The notes below the pieces were generated by a model. It was not told the DNA's origin and did no database searches. It worked only from the letters and a program-made list of their open reading frames with translations. Positions 22,587-26,831 of a stretch of 26,831 nt of DNA are shown here, piece after piece (position 1 is the first letter of the stretch; the number at the start of each line of letters is the position of its first letter). The DNA lies in the NCBI GenBank assembly GCA_044222475.1, contig JBGANF010000110.1, forward strand, positions 1-26,831. The letters run 5' to 3'. The DNA is from Polyangiaceae bacterium. Lineage in GTDB: Bacteria > Myxococcota_A > Polyangia > Polyangiales > Polyangiaceae. The position numbers and the translations under genes are program-made.

Positions 22587-23978
22587 ATGCGGCTCTCCCA
22601 CCTCCTCGGCCCCGATCTCAAGCAAGTCCTCGAGGAGGACCCGGAGCAGGTGCGCACGCTGCTCGACGAGATCCACCCCGAGGATCTCGCCGATCTCGTC
22701 GCCGATCTCGATCCCGACGTTCGCGCGCAGCTCATGGCGCGCATGCCAGCCGCCGACGCCGCGCCCATCTTCGAACGCCTCGACGCCGAAGAGCAGGAAG
22801 AGCTCGTCGAGACCATGCCCCCCGAGTCCGTCGCTCGCATCGCGAGCGAGATGGAGCCGGACGATCGCGCCGACCTCTTCTCCTTGCTGCCCGAGGCGAT
22901 GGGCGACGAGCTCCTCCGGTCGCTCGAGAAGGTCGACCCGCAAGCCGCAGAGGAAGTCCGCGAGATCGAGAAGTACCCGGAGACTGCCGCCGGACACTTG
23001 ATGACGACGAAGTACGTCAGCGTGCCGCCGCTGACGCGCGTCCAAGGAGTGCTCGACACGGTCCGCGGCTTCGTCAAGGAGTACCCGGACTCACCCGTCT
23101 ACAACGTCTACCTCATGGGCGAGGCCGACAAGCTGCTGGGCCTCGCGTCGCTCCGCGAGCTCATCGCCGCCGACCCGGGCGCGATGATCGACGACGTCGC
23201 GCGGACCAACGTGATCACCGTCCCTCCCGACATGGACCAAGAAGAGGTGGCGCGGCGCATGGCGAAGTACGACCTCGCCGTCATGCCGGTCGTCGACGAG
23301 AAGGCCGGCGCCCTCCTCGGGGTGATCACCATCGACGACATCGTCGACGTCTTGACCCAAGAAGGCACCGAAGACGTGCAGAAGATCGGCGGTGTCGAGC
23401 CTCTCGACGTCCCGTACTTCCAAACGAGCTTCTTCGACTTCGTCAAGAAGCGGGGCGTGTGGCTCGTGATCCTCTTCGTCGAGGAGTTCTTCACTCAGAC
23501 CGCCCTCCGCTACTACGACCCGGTCTTCGAGGCGATCAAAGGAGCGAGCTACTACGTACCGCTCCTCATCTCGACCGGCGGCAACTCGGGATCGCAGTCG
23601 TCGACGCTCATCATCCGCGGGATGGCGGTCGGCGAGATCAAACCGAAGGACTGGTGGCGGATCCTGTTCCGCGAGGCAGGGATGGGGCTCTTCCTCGGCG
23701 CCGGGCTAGGGCTCATCGGATTCTTCCGCGTCCTGATGTACCGCGATCAGCACATCAACTTCGCGCTCACCGTCGCGTTCACGCTGGTGGGGATCGTGAT
23801 GACGGGCTGTACCGTCGGCTCGCTCCTGCCGCTGCTCCTCAAGCGCGCCGGGTTCGACCCCGCCACGAGCTCGACGCCGTTCATCGCGAGCTTGGTCGAC
23901 GTGCTCGGGATCATCATCTTCGTGCACGTCGCGAAGGTCGTGATGGCGAGCGTGATCGCCGCGGGCGGGATGCACTAG
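22587..23978 (+). CDS. mgtE: Magnesium transporter MgtE
   Basis: Start at ATG 22587. HPEDLAD N-domain, YPETAAGHLMT and a CBS pair (DQEEVA...KYD...PVVD...GVITIDD), GGNSGSQSSTLIIR, DPATSSTPFIASLVDVLG. Confidence 0.95.
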   Translation: MRLSHLLGPDLKQVLEEDPEQVRTLLDEIHPEDLADLVADLDPDVRAQLMARMPAADAAPIFERLDAEEQEELVETMPPESVARIASEMEPDDRADLFSLLPEAMGDELLRSLEKVDPQAAEEVREIEKYPETAAGHLMTTKYVSVPPLTRVQGVLDTVRGFVKEYPDSPVYNVYLMGEADKLLGLASLRELIAADPGAMIDDVARTNVITVPPDMDQEEVARRMAKYDLAVMPVVDEKAGALLGVITIDDIVDVLTQEGTEDVQKIGGVEPLDVPYFQTSFFDFVKKRGVWLVILFVEEFFTQTALRYYDPVFEAIKGASYYVPLLISTGGNSGSQSSTLIIRGMAVGEIKPKDWWRILFREAGMGLFLGAGLGLIGFFRVLMYRDQHINFALTVAFTLVGIVMTGCTVGSLLPLLLKRAGFDPATSSTPFIASLVDVLGIIIFVHVAKVVMASVIAAGGMH

Positions 23979-23982
23979 CCAA

Positions 23983-24750
23983 CTAGTGAGACGACTTCGG
24001 CTTCACGCTGGCAGGGCAGTCGACCGCCGCCAGCGTGAAGTAGTCGTCGGTCGCCGGCGTGATCGTCATCGGGTGCTCGCCCGCGATCTTCGGGCAAAAC
24101 ATGAAGTCGATCTCCGTCGTCGGCTCGGGGGTCTTGATCGTCTCGCCGAGGGGGTTCTTCATCGTCAGCGTGAGCTTGTTGTCGGGCACGCCCGTGTTGG
24201 CGAGAAGGCGAATGCAGGGGCCCCCGACGACGAAGTTGGTCTTCAGCGTCTTCTCTCCCTGAACCTGCTTCGGCGCCATCGTCACCGACTTGCAGCCCTT
24301 CGCGTAGAGGTCCTTCATCTCCGCGGTCGTCTTGTCCTCACCGGTCGACTTCGAGTCACTGGCGATGGCGCGCGGCGCGACGGTCGGCGTCGGCGTGGAG
24401 ATCTCGTGCGGGGTCGTGGTGGTGTGCTGGATGTTCTTGGTCGCGTCGTGGACGACCCAGATGATGAAGATGGCGATGCCGACGACCAAGAGGATCGGCA
24501 CGCCGATGAACAGAAAGAGCATCCAGCCGATGCCGCGAACGACCTGCTTCTGCGCCTCTTGATTCTGCCGAACCGCTTGCTGCTGTGCCTGCTGCATCGT
24601 GACCGCCCGGTGCTGGGCTTGGCGGACGGCGAGGAGGTCGTTCGGGAGCGGCGTCGACTCGCCGCAGAACTGACACGTGACGACGACCGCTGTCAGCGCT
24701 TCGGGAACCTTGAGACTCGCGCCACAGCGACGACAGGCTAGCTGCTGCAT
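23983..24750 (-). CDS. Zinc-ribbon single-pass membrane protein
   Basis: N-terminal CRRCG-x15-CQFCG, Gln-rich helix, one long TM segment, Thr/Pro linker, and a C-terminal domain with 4 Cys. Confidence 0.8.
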   Translation of the reverse strand: MQQLACRRCGASLKVPEALTAVVVTCQFCGESTPLPNDLLAVRQAQHRAVTMQQAQQQAVRQNQEAQKQVVRGIGWMLFLFIGVPILLVVGIAIFIIWVVHDATKNIQHTTTTPHEISTPTPTVAPRAIASDSKSTGEDKTTAEMKDLYAKGCKSVTMAPKQVQGEKTLKTNFVVGGPCIRLLANTGVPDNKLTLTMKNPLGETIKTPEPTTEIDFMFCPKIAGEHPMTITPATDDYFTLAAVDCPASVKPKSSH

Positions 24751-24756
24751 GGCGCC

Positions 24757-24765
24757 AGCCTACCA
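24757..24765 (-). promoter_or_regulatory. Putative extended -10 (TGG-TAGGCT) for the zinc-ribbon gene
   Basis: TG-n-TAnnnT, with the hexamer 6 nt upstream of ATG 24750. Confidence 0.45.
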
Positions 24766-24810
24766 AATCGCTGGTCCTTTCGTGCTGCCCGCTCTATGGA
24801 CGCGATCGGA

Positions 24811-25905
24811 ATGCGCCGCGCCCTCCTCCTCGTCGTGCTCGCGGCCGTGACGGCTGCGTCGCTCGGCTGCGGCAAACGCAAACGGGGCGACGCCTACACG
24901 ATGGAGCACGTGAGTGCTCCGGGCGAGCGCGCGTGCGCCGCGATGAAGGACGGCTCGATCCGATGCTGGGGGAGAAACGACGACCGACTCTTCGGGCCCC
25001 ACGCGATCGTCACGACCCCGACCGTCGTCACGGGTTTCTCCGGAGCGCTCGACGTCGCCGTCGGGAGATCGATCCTGTGCGCGCGCTCGAAGGACGCCGT
25101 TCGCTGCGCCGGCGACGGAGACCCGGTCCAGACCGCGCCCCATGATCTCGCCGGCGTGACCGACGCCGCGAAGGTCGCGGTCGGAGACCGACACATTTGC
25201 ATCATGCACGCGTCTGGCGCGCTCAGCTGCCTCGGCCGAAACGATCACGGTCAGCTCGGCGACGGCACCGTGACCGACCGCTGGAGCCCGGCGCCGGTGC
25301 CCGGCCTCGCCAAGGTGACCGACGTAGCCGCTGGCGGCGACACGACGTGCGCCACGCTCGAAGACGAGACCGTCCGCTGTTGGGGCCGCGGTGACGACGG
25401 ACAGCTCGGCAACGGCAAGGCGGAAGACGCGCACGAGCCGGTCGTCGTCCGAGCACTCGGCGCACGCGCGGTGAGCGTGGGCCCGCACTTCGCGTGCATC
25501 CGACTCGCCGATGAAACCGCCCAGTGCTGGGGGAAGAACGACCACGGCCAGCTGGGTGACGGTACGACGGTGTCGCGGAGCGCGCCGCATCCGGTCAGCG
25601 GCGTAGCAATCGTGAAGGAGATCTCCTGCGGCGTGTCGCACGCGTGTGCGCGCATGGGCGACAGCACGATCCGCTGTTGGGGCAAGAACGACGTGCACCA
25701 GGCGGCGCTGGCGTCGACCGAAGACACGCTCGAGCCCCGACTCGTGACCGGTCTCTACGAGTCCGTCGACGTCACCGCCGGCGCCGATTTCACCTGCGTT
25801 CGCATGAAGGACGGGTGGCTCCGGTGCTGGGGGCAGAACTTCCACGGCGAGCTCGCCGACGGGACGACCGAGATTCGCGCGATACCGAACCCCATCAATT
25901 ACTGA
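24811..25905 (+). CDS. RCC1-repeat (beta-propeller) lipoprotein
   Basis: MRRALLLVVLAAVTAASLG-C lipobox. About 7 repeats of V-x-x-G-x-x-H/F-x-C...V-x-CWG-x-N-x-x-GQLG-D/N-G. Alternative start at ATG 24796. Confidence 0.9.
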   Translation: MRRALLLVVLAAVTAASLGCGKRKRGDAYTMEHVSAPGERACAAMKDGSIRCWGRNDDRLFGPHAIVTTPTVVTGFSGALDVAVGRSILCARSKDAVRCAGDGDPVQTAPHDLAGVTDAAKVAVGDRHICIMHASGALSCLGRNDHGQLGDGTVTDRWSPAPVPGLAKVTDVAAGGDTTCATLEDETVRCWGRGDDGQLGNGKAEDAHEPVVVRALGARAVSVGPHFACIRLADETAQCWGKNDHGQLGDGTTVSRSAPHPVSGVAIVKEISCGVSHACARMGDSTIRCWGKNDVHQAALASTEDTLEPRLVTGLYESVDVTAGADFTCVRMKDGWLRCWGQNFHGELADGTTEIRAIPNPINY

Positions 25906-25913
25906 TAGAGTAC

Positions 25914-26831
25914 ATGCAGCGGGAGGTTCGTCGCTTGCGCTTGCATCGCTTGATCGTCGTCGCGGTCCTCGGGGCTGGATCGGTGCTTGGCGTCGCTTGC
26001 GGTCTCGACCAAGGAGGACTTCTCGTCGAGCTCGACGGCGGAAAGGACTCCACCGTCCCAGACGGCGCCATCCCCGACGTCGTGATCGACGTCCCCATCA
26101 TCGACGTCTACGTGCCCCCGCCGTGCACCACCCTGGATGCGTCGTGCTTGCCCGCCTTCCCCGCCGACGCGTGGACTCCGGTCGCCGTCCTCCTGGACGG
26201 AGGCGCGTGCCCGACCGACCCCGATGCCGGCTGGAGCACCATCCCGCTGAAGACGAACCCGACTCTCGTGCCGGGATCGTGCAGCTGCAGTTGTTCGGCG
26301 ACGGCCGCCAACTGCGCCCCCGAGGGCGGAGTCACGGTTGGCTACAACTCGAACTGCAACAACTCCGCGAGCGGGACGCTCACGCTCCCGATCAACACCT
26401 GCGTCACGAACTCGACGCCCAACGGAGGTCTCACCGCCACGTACGGACCGCAGACGGCGGCGTCATCGTGCGATGCGAGCTCGACCGGGGACGCGCAGGT
26501 GGCGACCACCCCGATCACCGCCTGCGCGACGCCGTCGTGCACAATCAATTTCTGCGGGATGGCCGCGCAAGGCTACAAGCTGTGCATCCTGCAGTCCGGC
26601 ATCCGCACGTGCCCCGCCGGCTACGTCCCTCGCGCTACGGGGCTCAACGCGGGTGCAGCGTGCCTCGGCTGCAGCTGCTCGACCGCGCCGGTGCGTTGCT
26701 CGGCTACCCTCGAGTCGTTCGTCGACACGACGTGCGGCACGGTGAGTGAAACCTACTCGCTCGACGGCGGGTGCAACCCGAACGCGAGCTCCGAGTCGAT
26801 GAAGCTCACCGTCGTCCGCGGCAGCCCCACC
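25914..26831 (+). CDS. Partial Cys-rich lipoprotein truncated at the right edge; paralog of 6652-7647
   Basis: Not in the ORF track. Manual translation is open to the window end: ...LIVVAVLGAGSVLGVA-CGLDQGG...CLPAFPADAWTPVA...CSCSC...CILQSGIRTCPAGY...CLGCSC...YSLDGGC. Start is ATG 25914 or TTG 25935 (GGAGG upstream). Confidence 0.85.
   Translation, partial: MQREVRRLRLHRLIVVAVLGAGSVLGVACGLDQGGLLVELDGGKDSTVPDGAIPDVVIDVPIIDVYVPPPCTTLDASCLPAFPADAWTPVAVLLDGGACPTDPDAGWSTIPLKTNPTLVPGSCSCSCSATAANCAPEGGVTVGYNSNCNNSASGTLTLPINTCVTNSTPNGGLTATYGPQTAASSCDASSTGDAQVATTPITACATPSCTINFCGMAAQGYKLCILQSGIRTCPAGYVPRATGLNAGAACLGCSCSTAPVRCSATLESFVDTTCGTVSETYSLDGGCNPNASSESMKLTVVRGSPT

Noticed and set aside
20579..23077. 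Long antisense ORFs (also 306-1769, 3888-4994, 9103-10452, 10711-11910, 12736-13908, 24760-25845)
   Set aside because: Each mirrors a well-supported gene on the opposite strand. Long stop-free antisense frames are expected at this GC content, and none shows recognisable motifs.
423..23978. A unified phosphate/magnesium regulon (pap, PAP2-fold enzyme, alkaline-phosphatase-fold pair, mgtE)
   Set aside because: The genes are spread over more than 20 kb in separate units and I see no shared Pho-box-like repeat. The link is thematic only.
25997..26749. 250-aa plus-strand ORF from the track
   Set aside because: Arg-rich wrong frame. The real gene is the Cys-rich lipoprotein frame starting at 25914 or 25935.

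Overview
High-GC, gene-dense bacterial chromosomal window. The protein families (DAG/DGG-linker lipoproteins, Cys-rich and RCC1-repeat lipoproteins, a CGDG..EECD repeat) point to Myxococcota, probably Polyangiaceae-like; this is inference. I support about 22 real CDSs, two of them truncated at the window edges and missing from the ORF track. Most other long ORFs in the track are antisense or off-frame shadows. Recognisable genes: polyphosphate:AMP phosphotransferase (PPK2 class II), an EamA transporter, a PaaI thioesterase, a FadL-like outer-membrane protein, a YkgJ Cys-cluster protein, a GT-C/TMTC-like membrane glycosyltransferase, an acyltransferase-3, a GAF protein, two sulfatase-fold proteins and mgtE. 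Most interesting: (1) a lipoprotein fusing a 7-blade beta-propeller to a vanadium-haloperoxidase domain, behind a near-consensus sigma54 promoter; (2) a divergent, translationally coupled pair of sulfatase-fold enzymes with Thr instead of the Cys/Ser formylglycine motif; (3) two distant Cys-rich lipoprotein paralogs whose first 22 cysteines correspond one-to-one; (4) a perfect (AGCGGA)16 tract filling a convergent intergenic gap; (5) recurrent -10 boxes 6-8 nt before start codons, suggesting leaderless mRNAs. No rRNA, tRNA, CRISPR array or mobile element was seen. All family calls come from motif recognition by eye, not database searches.
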